Shown here piece after piece: positions 1 to 10,029 of a stretch of DNA of 64,000 nucleotides. A program made the translations under genes and the position numbers. Source of the stretch: Patescibacteria group bacterium (GTDB lineage: Bacteria; Bacteroidota; Ignavibacteria; Kapaibacteriales; Kapaibacteriaceae); the NCBI GenBank assembly GCA_044238605.1, contig JBIICY010000004.1, positions 96,317 through 160,316 of the forward strand, written 5' to 3'. How positions within the stretch are numbered: position 1 is the first letter of the stretch; each line of letters starts with the position of its first letter. The notes under the pieces are model-generated. The model did no database searches and had not been told where the DNA came from. It was given only the letters and a program-made list of their open reading frames with translations.

Positions 1-1
1 T

Positions 2-418
2 GCCACGCTCAACGCGATCTGCACCGTACTCTTGGTGCGGGGGTATTCGTTGATTCGGGCAAAGAAGATTGAGCAGCACAGAACAGTGATGGTCAGCGCC
101 TTTGTTGTCTCGATAGTGTTCCTAGCCTGTTACCTGCTGCATAAGTGGCATCTGTACAATACAACAGGCGCATACAACACGACGTTTGCTGGGCAGGGGG
201 CATGGCGTATTGTGTATCTCGGTATCCTGATTTCACATGTTACGCTCGCGGCAACAGTACCGGTGCTTGCACTGATTACGATCAATCGCGGATTGAACAT
301 GAGAGTTGAACTACACAGAAAAATTGCGAAGATCACGTTTCCCATATGGTTATACGTATCGGTAACAGGCGTGATTGTGTACTTTATGTTGTACCAATGG
401 TTCCCATCGGCGGTATGA
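2..418 (+). CDS. DUF420-family integral membrane protein (CtaM/YozB-like, normally linked to heme-copper oxidase operons); the 5' end lies upstream of the window
   Basis: The frame is open from the window edge (ATLNAICTVLLVRGY...) into ORF 32..418. It has a multi-TM pattern typical of DUF420. The stop TGA 416-418 overlaps the next ATG. Confidence 0.6.
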   Translation, partial: ATLNAICTVLLVRGYSLIRAKKIEQHRTVMVSAFVVSIVFLACYLLHKWHLYNTTGAYNTTFAGQGAWRIVYLGILISHVTLAATVPVLALITINRGLNMRVELHRKIAKITFPIWLYVSVTGVIVYFMLYQWFPSAV

Positions 419-657
419 GCACAAAGCATATGATCTCGTTTGTTACAGTACTTGTGTTGCTCGCGGTTCAAAGCCTTGAAGCATGCCCAGCATGCAAGGA
501 CGGCTTTGGATCAAATGGAGCAAATGCGAGTGTAGGTGATGCGTACTCATGGTCCATTTTGTTTATGCTTGGAGTGCCGATAACGATTCTCACGGTATTT
601 ACGGTCATGCTTACCCGTAAGATCCGACAGAATCCAAACAGCAGACCAACAATGTGA
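415..657 (+). CDS. Small (80 aa) secreted/membrane-anchored protein with a CPAC (CxxC) motif; function unknown
   Basis: ATG 415 forms an ATGA overlap with the DUF420 stop. The protein has an N-terminal signal-like helix (MISFVTVLVLLAVQSLEA), then CPACK, then a C-terminal TM segment (WSILFMLGVPITILTVFTVML) followed by basic residues. The track ORF 346..657 is an N-terminal over-extension. Confidence 0.45.
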   Translation: MSTKHMISFVTVLVLLAVQSLEACPACKDGFGSNGANASVGDAYSWSILFMLGVPITILTVFTVMLTRKIRQNPNSRPTM

Positions 658-689
658 ACAATCATGTGATGTAGGTTCGTGATGAGCGG

Positions 690-697
690 TATATTTG
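690..697 (+). promoter_or_regulatory. Bacteroidota-type -7 promoter box TAnnTTTG (TATATTTG) upstream of actA
   Basis: Exact motif match 28 nt upstream of ATG 725. It is one of 12 such sense-oriented boxes in the window. Confidence 0.4.
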
Positions 698-724
698 CAC
701 GACATTTCTAGGTGAGGATTGCGA

Positions 725-1474
725 ATGTTTTCACGCAAGTTTGACAAGGGGGTTAAAACAGGCGGAGCCGTGTTAGGCGGCATCGTCGCGGTTCTCTTCC
801 TTGTGGGCTACTTTGGTTTTCGGAATAGCTTTGCCGACGTTGGATATCGTCCGGAACAGCCAGTCCCATTCTCGCATAAGCTTCATGCGGGTGAGCTTCA
901 GATAAGCTGTCAGTACTGTCACGCAGGCGTTGAGAAATCTGGACATTCTCCAGTTCCAACAACGCAGACGTGCATGAACTGTCATACAGCGGTGAAGGCT
1001 GAATCTCCAAAGCTGCAGCAGGTTCGTGATTCTTATGAATCCGGCAAGCCGATTGAGTGGATTCGCATTCACAAAGTTCCAGACTACGTGCACTTCAATC
1101 ACAGCCGCCACATTCGTGCCCAGATTGATTGCCAGTCGTGTCACGGACCGATCGAGCAGATGGGTGTTGTGTCGCAGAACAAGCCCCTTTCCATGGGATG
1201 GTGTCTTGACTGCCACCGCGCACCTGAAAAGCACATCGTTGGTGCGCGTCCAATCTCTGGAGTGTTTACGGGTAAGCTTCACAGCGTGAAGAACCTGCTC
1301 GACAGCAGCTACATCTTCACTCCGATAGCTGCTCAAGTGGGCAAATCAACACCAATGACCGTTCCACAATTTGGTGGTTATCACTCAGAAGTTCCAAAGC
1401 AGCAGGTTGCTGGTATTCCGCACCCGAAGAAGGCTGGTATTGGACCTGAGAACTGTTCGGCATGTCACTATTAA
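725..1474 (+). CDS. actA: Alternative complex III subunit ActA, pentaheme cytochrome c
   Basis: Five CxxCH motifs are present (CQYCH, CMNCH, CQSCH, CLDCH, CSACH) after an N-terminal TM anchor. It is the first gene of an actABCDEF-ordered cluster. ATG 725 follows GGTGAGGA, and the track start 719 is TTG. Confidence 0.85.
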   Translation: MFSRKFDKGVKTGGAVLGGIVAVLFLVGYFGFRNSFADVGYRPEQPVPFSHKLHAGELQISCQYCHAGVEKSGHSPVPTTQTCMNCHTAVKAESPKLQQVRDSYESGKPIEWIRIHKVPDYVHFNHSRHIRAQIDCQSCHGPIEQMGVVSQNKPLSMGWCLDCHRAPEKHIVGARPISGVFTGKLHSVKNLLDSSYIFTPIAAQVGKSTPMTVPQFGGYHSEVPKQQVAGIPHPKKAGIGPENCSACHY

Positions 1475-1524
1475 GCGTGACACACTCCTCATTCGAAACA
1501 CGATCTTCCTTTTAAGGTTTGCAT

Positions 1525-4506
1525 ATGTCTGATCGTTCACTCCACGCTTCATCCAACACACCGTGGAAGAGCATAGATGGCCTTGCTCAAACACCAGGCG
1601 AGTCGTCTGAATTCACGCCGGGAACTACAACTCATGCGTTGACAGATTCAACTGTTAGTCGTCGTGGGTTCATGGCGCTTGTGTCTGCATCGATGGCACT
1701 TACAGCTGCCGCGTGCCGCAGGCCAGAGCAGAAGCTTGTTCCCTCTGTGAAGTCACTGCAGAATGCCACACCGGGTCTGCCGATGTACTATGCCTCTGTG
1801 TACGCACACCGAAATGTTGCGTACGGCGCGGTGGTAAAGACACGCGAAGGGCGTCCGATCAAGGTCAAGGGCAATGAGCAGCACCCTGTAAACTGCGGCA
1901 CTGCTAACGCAGAGATGCAGGCCTCCCTTTTGTCACTGTACGATCCGGACAGAATTCGTCGCGCCAAGATCGACGGCCAGCAGGTGTCCTACGATGCTGC
2001 CGTAACAAAGATCTCGGGCGCTATCACCGATGCCCAGGCCGCTGGTAAGAAGGTACTTGTCTTTATCGATGAGCACTGCTCACCATCGTATACGCAGCTG
2101 CTCAATGATTTTGTTGCTGCTGTGCCGAATGCAAGTGTTGTATTTCTTCCTGCGATTTCGCGCGACAATACAGCTATTGCCAACAATGCAGTGATCGGTG
2201 TTAACGGTGAGATCGTACCAGATCTGTCCAAGGCATCGGTAATTGTTAGTGTTGATGCAGACTTTCTAGGCACAGACCTCGCGGCTCTATACCACACAGG
2301 ACGTTTTGCTGCGCGCCGCTCGCCATCGAAGAATGGTCCGGCGATGTCGCACCTTACCGTTGTTGAAGCAAATTATTCAACGACTGGTATGAACGCAGAT
2401 GTTCGTGTTCGTACATCTGCTTCAGAGATCGAGAACTTCCTTTCGGAACTTCAGAATGTTATCAAGGGCGGCACATCATCCAACAAGCACGCTGCCGCAG
2501 CTGGTGCCCGTCTGAAAAAGGCCGGCTCATCGGGCGTTGTTATGGCTGGCGCACACTTGTCTGCCAAAGCACAGGCTACAGCGCTTGTGATCAACGCACA
2601 GTTGGGCAACATCGGCGCCGGTAGCATTATTGATCCAAAGAACACCCTCCCGAATTCTGGCGAAAAGGGCACAGCGCTTAAGGCTGCCATCGCAGACATT
2701 GAAGCAGGGAATGTGCATGCTGCGCTCTTCATGGATGTAAATCCTGAATACAGCGCATCGCGCTCATTGAAATCTCTCTTGGTAAACAAGGTTAAGGTTC
2801 GCGCGGCAATCAATCTTTTTGATGATGAAACGGCTACACTGGCTTCAGTTAGCGTTCCAGCAGCTCATTGGTTAGAGTCATGGGGCACAGCTGTAGCCTT
2901 CGACGGTACGTTTAGTGTCCAGCAGCCGATCATTGCACCTATGTGTGACGGCATTCCTTCAATGCAGGACACACTGATCGCTGTGGGCAAGAAGATCAAC
3001 GCAGCGTTTCTGGGTGAAGTAACAACGTATGCCGACTATGTGAAGAACATGGTCGCTACGGTGTATCCAGCGGCCTCGTGGAATCAGCTTCTCCAGGACG
3101 GACAAATCCCAGCTGGAGCCCGCACGGACCTTGTACTTGGTATCGACCTTGATGCGCCGAGCAAGCTTTCTGGCGCTGCAGCATCTAACCTATACATCCT
3201 CACAGTTCCTTCGTCGTCGCTTTATGACGGCAAGTACGCCAACAACGGCTGGCTCCAGGAGCTGCCTGATCCTGTGACCAAGGTTGCATGGGACAACGTT
3301 GCACTTGTTAGTCCGAAGAAGGCCGAAGAACTTGGTCTTACCTCAGACCGCAACGAGCCAAGCTTACTCGTGAAAGCGAACGAGCGCGTGATCTCGATCA
3401 CAACGCAGAACGGCAGCATTGAGCTTCCGGTTATCGTTCAGCCAGGTCTTGCCGATAACGTTATTGTTACGCAGCTGGGATATGGCCGCACCAACGCCGG
3501 AACGGTAGGGAACAACGTTGGTGCCAATGCGTATGTGTTGGGAACCACAGGCTACATCGCTCTGCGCAATGACTCGGTTACAGTAACCGACGAGCGTCGC
3601 AAAGTTGCAACGACACAAAGCCATCACTCGCTTTCTGAGCGTCCTGGTGATGAGGAAAATGCCCGTAATGTTGCGCGTACAATAAAGCTCAGCGATATTA
3701 ACAAGGGCAACTTCGAAGCAGTAGAAAACGAGTACATCAGTGACGGCAAGGATGGGCGCTACAACAAGCCCCTTTCGATTGTAAGTGCATATGAGTACAA
3801 GGGGCATCGCTGGGGCATGGTTATCGACATGAGCGCCTGTACAGGATGTTCATCATGTATCGTAGCATGCCAGAGCGAAAACAACATTCCAGTAGTTGGT
3901 AAGGACCAAGTAATCCTAGGCCGTGAAATGCACTGGATTCGACTAGACCGTTATTACACTGGTTCCGTAGACGACCCAACGGGCACTATTCTTGAGCCAA
4001 TGTTGTGTCAGCACTGCGAAAACGCCCCTTGTGAAAACGTATGTCCGGTAGCAGCAACAACGCATTCGCCGGAAGGTCTGAACGAAATGACCTACAACCG
4101 CTGTGTAGGAACGCGTTACTGTCTGAACAACTGTCCATACAAGGTGCGTCGCTTCAACTTCTTGAACTACAAGGACGAGCGCCAGCCGCTTGATCTTGTT
4201 TTCAATCCGGAAGTATCTGGACGTCAGCGTGGTATCATGGAAAAGTGCACATTCTGCGTACAGCGCCTGCACGAAGCAAAGTGGCATGCCCGTGATAACG
4301 GACGTTCCCGCGTGCTCGATGGCGAAGCGGTAACAGCATGTCAAGAAGCATGTCCAGCAAGTGCTATTATCTTCGGCGACATGAACGATCAGAAGAGCCG
4401 TGTAGCAACAGCGCGTCAAAATGAGCGCGGTTTCCATGTTCTCGCTGAGATCAACACGCGTCCATCGGTAACGTATCTAGCCAAGGTTATCAACGACGTT
4501 GCCTGA
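1525..4506 (+). CDS. actB: Alternative complex III subunit ActB (molybdopterin-oxidoreductase-like B1 fused to 4Fe-4S ferredoxin-like B2)
   Basis: It carries a twin-arginine signal (SRRGFMALVSASMALTAAAC). The C-terminal part has multiple Cys clusters (CTGCSSCIVAC, CQHCENAPC, CVGTRYCLNNCP, CTFCVQR). Size and position are as expected for ActB. Confidence 0.9.
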   Translation: MSDRSLHASSNTPWKSIDGLAQTPGESSEFTPGTTTHALTDSTVSRRGFMALVSASMALTAAACRRPEQKLVPSVKSLQNATPGLPMYYASVYAHRNVAYGAVVKTREGRPIKVKGNEQHPVNCGTANAEMQASLLSLYDPDRIRRAKIDGQQVSYDAAVTKISGAITDAQAAGKKVLVFIDEHCSPSYTQLLNDFVAAVPNASVVFLPAISRDNTAIANNAVIGVNGEIVPDLSKASVIVSVDADFLGTDLAALYHTGRFAARRSPSKNGPAMSHLTVVEANYSTTGMNADVRVRTSASEIENFLSELQNVIKGGTSSNKHAAAAGARLKKAGSSGVVMAGAHLSAKAQATALVINAQLGNIGAGSIIDPKNTLPNSGEKGTALKAAIADIEAGNVHAALFMDVNPEYSASRSLKSLLVNKVKVRAAINLFDDETATLASVSVPAAHWLESWGTAVAFDGTFSVQQPIIAPMCDGIPSMQDTLIAVGKKINAAFLGEVTTYADYVKNMVATVYPAASWNQLLQDGQIPAGARTDLVLGIDLDAPSKLSGAAASNLYILTVPSSSLYDGKYANNGWLQELPDPVTKVAWDNVALVSPKKAEELGLTSDRNEPSLLVKANERVISITTQNGSIELPVIVQPGLADNVIVTQLGYGRTNAGTVGNNVGANAYVLGTTGYIALRNDSVTVTDERRKVATTQSHHSLSERPGDEENARNVARTIKLSDINKGNFEAVENEYISDGKDGRYNKPLSIVSAYEYKGHRWGMVIDMSACTGCSSCIVACQSENNIPVVGKDQVILGREMHWIRLDRYYTGSVDDPTGTILEPMLCQHCENAPCENVCPVAATTHSPEGLNEMTYNRCVGTRYCLNNCPYKVRRFNFLNYKDERQPLDLVFNPEVSGRQRGIMEKCTFCVQRLHEAKWHARDNGRSRVLDGEAVTACQEACPASAIIFGDMNDQKSRVATARQNERGFHVLAEINTRPSVTYLAKVINDVA

Positions 4507-4558
4507 TACTCCTAATTAGAATTTTTTCCTTCGAACGAAACACTGACGGGAACCAAAC

Positions 4559-5980
4559 ATGACGGTGGTCCAAGAACATGACAGATTGCAGGCGACTGCG
4601 CTCGGCGAAGAGCCGATCCGCGAAGAGCTCGTCCTTGGCAATCCATCGATGCGGGATGTAACTGCACGTATCGCAAGCATCGTGGAGTCGAAGATCACGA
4701 TGAAGTATCTTGCTACGCTTGCCGTAACAGGTACAATGGCTGCATGGGGCTTATTCGCGCTCTATTACACGATTACTACCGGTATCGGTGTATGGGGCTT
4801 GAACAATCCGATCGGTTGGGGATGGGACATCACCAACTTCGTTTTCTGGATTGGTATCGGCCACGCTGGTACGCTGATCTCAGCCATCTTGTTCCTGTTC
4901 CGTCAGAAGTGGCGTACAGCAATCAACCGCTCAGCCGAGGCTATGACGATTTTTGCCGTTGTCTGTGCGCTCACGATGGTGTTGAGTCACACAGGGCGTC
5001 CGTGGCTCTTCTATTGGCTTCTGCCGTATCCAAACCAGATGCAGATGTGGGTAAACTTTCGATCTCCTCTGATGTGGGACGTGTTCGCTGTTAATACGTA
5101 CTTCACTGTTTCTGCATTATTCTGGTTCGTTGGTCTTATCCCGGATCTTGCAACGCTTCGTAATTACGTCAAGGGGCCTGTAGCAAAGAAAGTCTACGGC
5201 GTGCTATCCCTCGGTTGGACTGGTTCAACGCGTGCGTGGCACCACTACGAAATCGCCTACATGATCCTGGCTGGTATTTCTACACCGTTGGTATTGTCGG
5301 TGCACTCGGTGGTTTCTTTCGACTTTACCGTTGGTGTTCTACCGGGATGGCACACTACTATCTTCCCTCCATACTTCGTGGCTGGAGCTATCTTCTCTGG
5401 ATTTGCCATGGTGCTTACGCTTCTGGTAATCACACGAGAAGTGCTGGATCTGAAGCAGTTCATTACGCTGAAGCACTTTGAGAACATGAACAAGATCATG
5501 CTGGCAACTGGCATGATGGTTGGATATGCCTACATCCTTGAGTTCTTCATCGCATGGTATTCTGGCAGTGACTGGGAACGTTGGATCTTTGTAAACCGTG
5601 CGTTTGGTGACTATGCATGGGCGTATTGGACGATGTTTACCTGCAACGTGGTTTCGCCGCAGGTGTTCTGGTTCAAGAAAGCTCGCCGCAACATTCCACT
5701 CATGTTCGTTATCTCGATCTTCGTGAACATTGGTATGTGGTTCGAGCGCTTTACGATTATCGCAACAACGCTGCATCACGACTTCCTTCCTGCATCATGG
5801 GGCTATTACTCACCAACGTGGGTTGAAATCTCGATCTTCATCGGAACATTCGGAATCTTCCTTTCGCTGTTCCTTCTCTTCGCAAAGTTTGTCCCTGTTA
5901 TCGCTATTGCCGAAATCAAGAGCATTATGCCTGGTGCGCAACCATCGCATCATCATCATGACGGACATGGCAAGCACTAA
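4559..5980 (+). CDS. actC: Alternative complex III subunit ActC (NrfD/PsrC-like quinol-interacting membrane subunit)
   Basis: Polytopic NrfD-like membrane protein immediately after actB. It has a His-rich C-terminus. Confidence 0.85.
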   Translation: MTVVQEHDRLQATALGEEPIREELVLGNPSMRDVTARIASIVESKITMKYLATLAVTGTMAAWGLFALYYTITTGIGVWGLNNPIGWGWDITNFVFWIGIGHAGTLISAILFLFRQKWRTAINRSAEAMTIFAVVCALTMVLSHTGRPWLFYWLLPYPNQMQMWVNFRSPLMWDVFAVNTYFTVSALFWFVGLIPDLATLRNYVKGPVAKKVYGVLSLGWTGSTRAWHHYEIAYMILAGISTPLVLSVHSVVSFDFTVGVLPGWHTTIFPPYFVAGAIFSGFAMVLTLLVITREVLDLKQFITLKHFENMNKIMLATGMMVGYAYILEFFIAWYSGSDWERWIFVNRAFGDYAWAYWTMFTCNVVSPQVFWFKKARRNIPLMFVISIFVNIGMWFERFTIIATTLHHDFLPASWGYYSPTWVEISIFIGTFGIFLSLFLLFAKFVPVIAIAEIKSIMPGAQPSHHHHDGHGKH

Positions 5981-6022
5981 TTCGACGAAACAGGTAGAAT
6001 CGACATCAAGGACTACGATACT

Positions 6023-6565
6023 ATGAGCACAACACCAACAGGCGTTATCGGCGAATTCACCGATGTGAACGTCATCGTAACGGTTGCCGAGAAACTGCGC
6101 GACGCAGGATTTCGCAAGTGGGACATCTATACGCCATATCCAGTGCACGGTCTCGACAAGGCGATGGGGATCAAGCGTTCGATCTTGACCTATATCTCCT
6201 TTGCAGGCCTCTGCGGCGGACTTACTGCAGCACTTGGTCTTCAGTTTTGGACCGGCGCAATAGACTACAAGCTCAACATCGGCGGCAAAGGATTCTTTGA
6301 CTGGCAGTTCTCGATGCCTATCGATTTTGAGTTGTCCATCCTTGGTACAGCCCTTTTCACGGTCTTCGGCATGTTCCATCTGGTGCGAATCCCTACGTGG
6401 TATAACCGCTACCAGGATGATGCATCATTCCAAAAGGCAACAGACGATACCTTCGTGGTAACTATCGATGCCGATGACGACAGATTCTCTGCCACGGAAA
6501 CACCTGCACTACTTGCTGGACTTGGCGCACAGAATGTGCATCTCGTCCACTCGTCGGTTGAATAA
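6023..6565 (+). CDS. actD: Alternative complex III subunit ActD (DUF3341)
   Basis: Size, the two central TM helices and the position between actC and actE all match ActD. Confidence 0.75.
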   Translation: MSTTPTGVIGEFTDVNVIVTVAEKLRDAGFRKWDIYTPYPVHGLDKAMGIKRSILTYISFAGLCGGLTAALGLQFWTGAIDYKLNIGGKGFFDWQFSMPIDFELSILGTALFTVFGMFHLVRIPTWYNRYQDDASFQKATDDTFVVTIDADDDRFSATETPALLAGLGAQNVHLVHSSVE

Positions 6566-6590
6566 TGTTGAACATCAATAGCGCAAACGC

Positions 6591-7253
6591 ATGAAACTCC
6601 GATTACCACAAATCCTCGCAATTGCAGCCGTTCTAGGAATTGCTGTGTTGCTTGTTATGCTCTTCACTGGACAGAAGACGTGGTTCTCCACGAATCCTCC
6701 AGTGGAAATTCAGCCTAATCTGGACCACCAGTTCAAGGCAATTCCACAGTCACCCAACACGTTCTTTGCCGACGGCAAGAGTCTACGCGAACCAGTAGAG
6801 GGAACAGTGGCAAGGGGCACACAGGTCTACACGCTCGGTGCTGGTGACATTGATGCCGCTGAAACGCAAAACGTTGAGCCTGCTAATCTCCCGAAGGATT
6901 CGGAGTTTTTGCTCTCCCGAGGACAGAATCGTTTTAACACGTTCTGTTCCCCATGTCACGGATTCAATGGGTATAGCCCTAAGTCAAAAATTTCGCTTCG
7001 GGGCTGGGCCGGTATTCCTGCGTTGGCGCTTTCTGACAGTGCAAAGCAAGGTGGTGAGGCCGAGCCCAACGCTACACAGCTTTCAAACGCCCGCATCTTT
7101 CACATCATCAGTGTTGGACAGAACTTGATGCCAGGGTATGCTGATAAGATTGATGCAATTGATCGGTGGGCCATCATACGCTATTTGCGCAAGCTTCAAG
7201 GTGTTGAAGGTATTGCGAGCAACCCACCAGCAGCAACAGCTGCCACGAACTAA
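6591..7253 (+). CDS. actE: Alternative complex III subunit ActE, monoheme cytochrome c
   Basis: It has a signal/anchor helix and a single CSPCH heme motif. The position matches ActE. Confidence 0.8.
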   Translation: MKLRLPQILAIAAVLGIAVLLVMLFTGQKTWFSTNPPVEIQPNLDHQFKAIPQSPNTFFADGKSLREPVEGTVARGTQVYTLGAGDIDAAETQNVEPANLPKDSEFLLSRGQNRFNTFCSPCHGFNGYSPKSKISLRGWAGIPALALSDSAKQGGEAEPNATQLSNARIFHIISVGQNLMPGYADKIDAIDRWAIIRYLRKLQGVEGIASNPPAATAATN

Positions 7254-7274
7254 GAATGAGGGGAGTTTATTAAC

Positions 7275-8483
7275 ATGTCACACGTGAATCTTGGTTCAAG
7301 TCCTGTTGTAGCAAAAATCAACAAGATCGGTCTAGCACTCGTCGTCGTAGGTGCGCTCGGGCTGGCAGGTACGTTTGCTACTGAAGGCATCGAACGCTTC
7401 TTTGCAGATTACCTCATTGGTTTCTGGTATTTCGCCGGCATCAGTGTCACAATGATGTTCTTTTCGGCACTACAGTATCTAGCGCGTGCTGGTTGGAGTG
7501 CATCCGTGCGCCGTATCGCCGAGCTCTATGCTGGCATGGTGCCAATTCTTGCAATCTTGATACTGCCGCTGGTAGCTAATGTGTTCATGCACCATGGGTC
7601 GATCTTCGAATGGACGCATGAGTCTGCAGCAACGGACCCAATTTTGATCAAGAAAGCCCCATACCTGAACACAACGTTCTTTGCGATCCGTATGGGCTTC
7701 TATGTACTTGTGTGGTTTGCGATGCACCGATTCATTATCGGTAATTCGATCAAGCAGGATGCATCTGCAACAGACATCACGCCAACGCGCAAGAACTGGA
7801 AGCGTGCTGCGCCGTTTGTGCTGCTCTATGCTATTACAATCACCTTTGCAGCATTCGACTTGCTGATGTCACTCGAGCCGCACTGGTTCTCCACGATTTG
7901 GGGCGTTTACAGCTTTGCAGGGCACTTCGTAGCAGCTCTGTCGATCATCGCAATTACGGTTGTGGTGCTCTATAACAATGGCCACCTACGCGAGTACGTC
8001 ACCGCAGAACACTTCCACGACCTTGGAAAGCTGATGTTCGCGTTCTCAGTCTTCTGGGCATACATCGCGTTCTCGCAGTACTTCATCATTTGGTATGCGA
8101 ACCTTCCTGAAGAAACGATCTACTTTACACATCGTTTGAGCCATGGCTGGCAGTACTTTGGATACCTGCTCATCGCTACGCACTTCCTTGTGCCGTTCAT
8201 GGTTCTGCTTCGTCAGGATGTTAAGCGTAAAACAAATATCCTCGTAGTTGCTGGTATCATCATTCTGATCTCGCACTTTATCGATATCGTGTGGATTGTT
8301 ATGCCTGCCGTAGGACATCACATTCTCAAGATCGATGGCGTAGTCTTTGGATGGCAGGAGTTTACGGGATGGCTATTCTTTGCCGGTATCTTCCTCGTGA
8401 TGGCCATGAAGAACTTCCAGAAGCACAGCGCTGTTGCCGTCAACGATCCGCTCTTGGGCGAATCTGTCGAGTATCACAGCTAA
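7275..8483 (+). CDS. actF: Alternative complex III subunit ActF (second NrfD-like membrane subunit)
   Basis: Polytopic membrane protein and last gene of the cluster, followed by a terminator. Confidence 0.8.
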   Translation: MSHVNLGSSPVVAKINKIGLALVVVGALGLAGTFATEGIERFFADYLIGFWYFAGISVTMMFFSALQYLARAGWSASVRRIAELYAGMVPILAILILPLVANVFMHHGSIFEWTHESAATDPILIKKAPYLNTTFFAIRMGFYVLVWFAMHRFIIGNSIKQDASATDITPTRKNWKRAAPFVLLYAITITFAAFDLLMSLEPHWFSTIWGVYSFAGHFVAALSIIAITVVVLYNNGHLREYVTAEHFHDLGKLMFAFSVFWAYIAFSQYFIIWYANLPEETIYFTHRLSHGWQYFGYLLIATHFLVPFMVLLRQDVKRKTNILVVAGIIILISHFIDIVWIVMPAVGHHILKIDGVVFGWQEFTGWLFFAGIFLVMAMKNFQKHSAVAVNDPLLGESVEYHS

Positions 8484-8504
8484 CATCAATCCGCGTTCAA
8501 TCAA

Positions 8505-8539
8505 ACGGCCCTTCTTGCACACGCAAGAGGGCCGTTTTT
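8505..8539 (+). terminator. Rho-independent terminator after actF
   Basis: ACGGCCCTTCTTGC-acac-GCAAGAGGGCCGT stem with one bulge, followed by TTTTT. Confidence 0.7.
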
Positions 8540-8566
8540 CGTTGTAGGCAACGTTGCGAAACTCCG

Positions 8567-8574
8567 TAACTTTG
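8567..8574 (+). promoter_or_regulatory. -7 box TAACTTTG upstream of lpdA
   Basis: Exact TAnnTTTG match 46 nt upstream of ATG 8621. A 10-bp palindrome GCAACGTTGC lies just upstream. Confidence 0.35.
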
Positions 8575-8620
8575 CACCGGATTTTGACATCATCGATCAT
8601 TCACCTCATCACAGAATTAC

Positions 8621-10024
8621 ATGAATCAGCACTCGTTTGACCTCGTGGTCATTGGCTCGGGACCTGGCGGATACGTCGCCGCAATTCGTGCTTCACAGCT
8701 TGGACTCAAAGTTGCCTGCGTAGAACGTGACAGGGTAGGGGGCGTCTGTCTCAACTGGGGATGTATCCCTTCAAAGTCGCTGCTCAAGAACGCCGAATAC
8801 ATGAACTTCCTCAAGCATGCAGATGATTACGGCTTTGGTATCAAAAACATTGATATCGATTTCCCGAAGGTTATCGCACGCTCGCGCGGAGTTGCTGAAA
8901 AAATGAGCGGCGGAGTAACGTTCCTGTTTAAGAAGTACAAGGTGACACAGGTAAAGGGGTGGGGTACGATAAAGAATGCGACAACAGTAGAAGTCAAGGA
9001 TGAAAACGGAACAGTAACCGATTCGATCACATGTAAGAACATCATGATCGCAACCGGCGCACGTCCGCGCACGATTCCAGGTATCGAAGTAGACCGTGAG
9101 TACATTCTTACCTCTACCGAAGCCATGCTGCAGCAGAAGACGCCAAAGTCCATGATCATCATGGGTGCAGGTGCCATTGGTATCGAGTTCGCATACTTTT
9201 ACCAGTCGTTCGGTACAGCAGTTACTGTGATCGAGATGCAGGATCGTATCCTTCCTGTGGAAGATGATGACGTATGTAAGGAACTTCGCAAGTCGCTTGA
9301 GCGCGACGGAATGAAGATCATGACTGAGACAAAGGTGCAGTCTGCGAAGAAGAAGGGTAAGGGAGTTGAGATCATCGTTGAGAAGAAGGACGGTACGGTT
9401 GAAACCCTAACGGCCGACCTCGCACTCAATGCAATCGGTGTGCAGGGCAATATTGAGAACATCGGACTTGAGAACGTGGGAATCGTTCCGGAACGCGGAT
9501 GGCTTAAGGTTGACAAGTACATGCGCACCAACGTGCCGAACATCTATGCCATTGGCGACGTAGCAGGAGCCCCTTGGCTTGCCCACAAGGCATCTGCAGA
9601 GGGACTTGTAGCAGCGGAGTATATTGCCGGACATCACACTGACGGCGTTGACTATAACAACATTCCTGGCTGTACGTATTGTCAGCCGCAGGTTGCCAGC
9701 ATCGGCCTTACCGAGAAGAAGGCCAAAGAAGCCGGCTACGAAGTCAAGGTTGGTAAGTTCCCATTCACAGCAAATGGTAAGGCACATGGAATTGGTAAGA
9801 CACAAGGTTTTGTAAAGCTTGTTATCGATGCCAAGTATGGTGAAATCCTCGGTGCCCACATGATCGGTCCTGATGTAACTGAAATGATCGGTGAAATGGG
9901 TGTTGCGCGTAATCTTGGCGCAACCGGTCAGTCGATTCTCAAGACGATCCACGCTCACCCAACACTGAGCGAAGCGATCATGGAATCAGCTGCCCTTGCA
10001 TACAATGAGTGCGTGAACTTCTAA
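8621..10024 (+). CDS. lpdA: Dihydrolipoyl dehydrogenase (E3)
   Basis: FAD-binding GSGPGGY motif, redox-active disulfide motif GGVCLNWGCIPSK, and C-terminal HAHPTLSE. Confidence 0.92.
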   Translation: MNQHSFDLVVIGSGPGGYVAAIRASQLGLKVACVERDRVGGVCLNWGCIPSKSLLKNAEYMNFLKHADDYGFGIKNIDIDFPKVIARSRGVAEKMSGGVTFLFKKYKVTQVKGWGTIKNATTVEVKDENGTVTDSITCKNIMIATGARPRTIPGIEVDREYILTSTEAMLQQKTPKSMIIMGAGAIGIEFAYFYQSFGTAVTVIEMQDRILPVEDDDVCKELRKSLERDGMKIMTETKVQSAKKKGKGVEIIVEKKDGTVETLTADLALNAIGVQGNIENIGLENVGIVPERGWLKVDKYMRTNVPNIYAIGDVAGAPWLAHKASAEGLVAAEYIAGHHTDGVDYNNIPGCTYCQPQVASIGLTEKKAKEAGYEVKVGKFPFTANGKAHGIGKTQGFVKLVIDAKYGEILGAHMIGPDVTEMIGEMGVARNLGATGQSILKTIHAHPTLSEAIMESAALAYNECVNF

Positions 10025-10029
10025 GCCCC

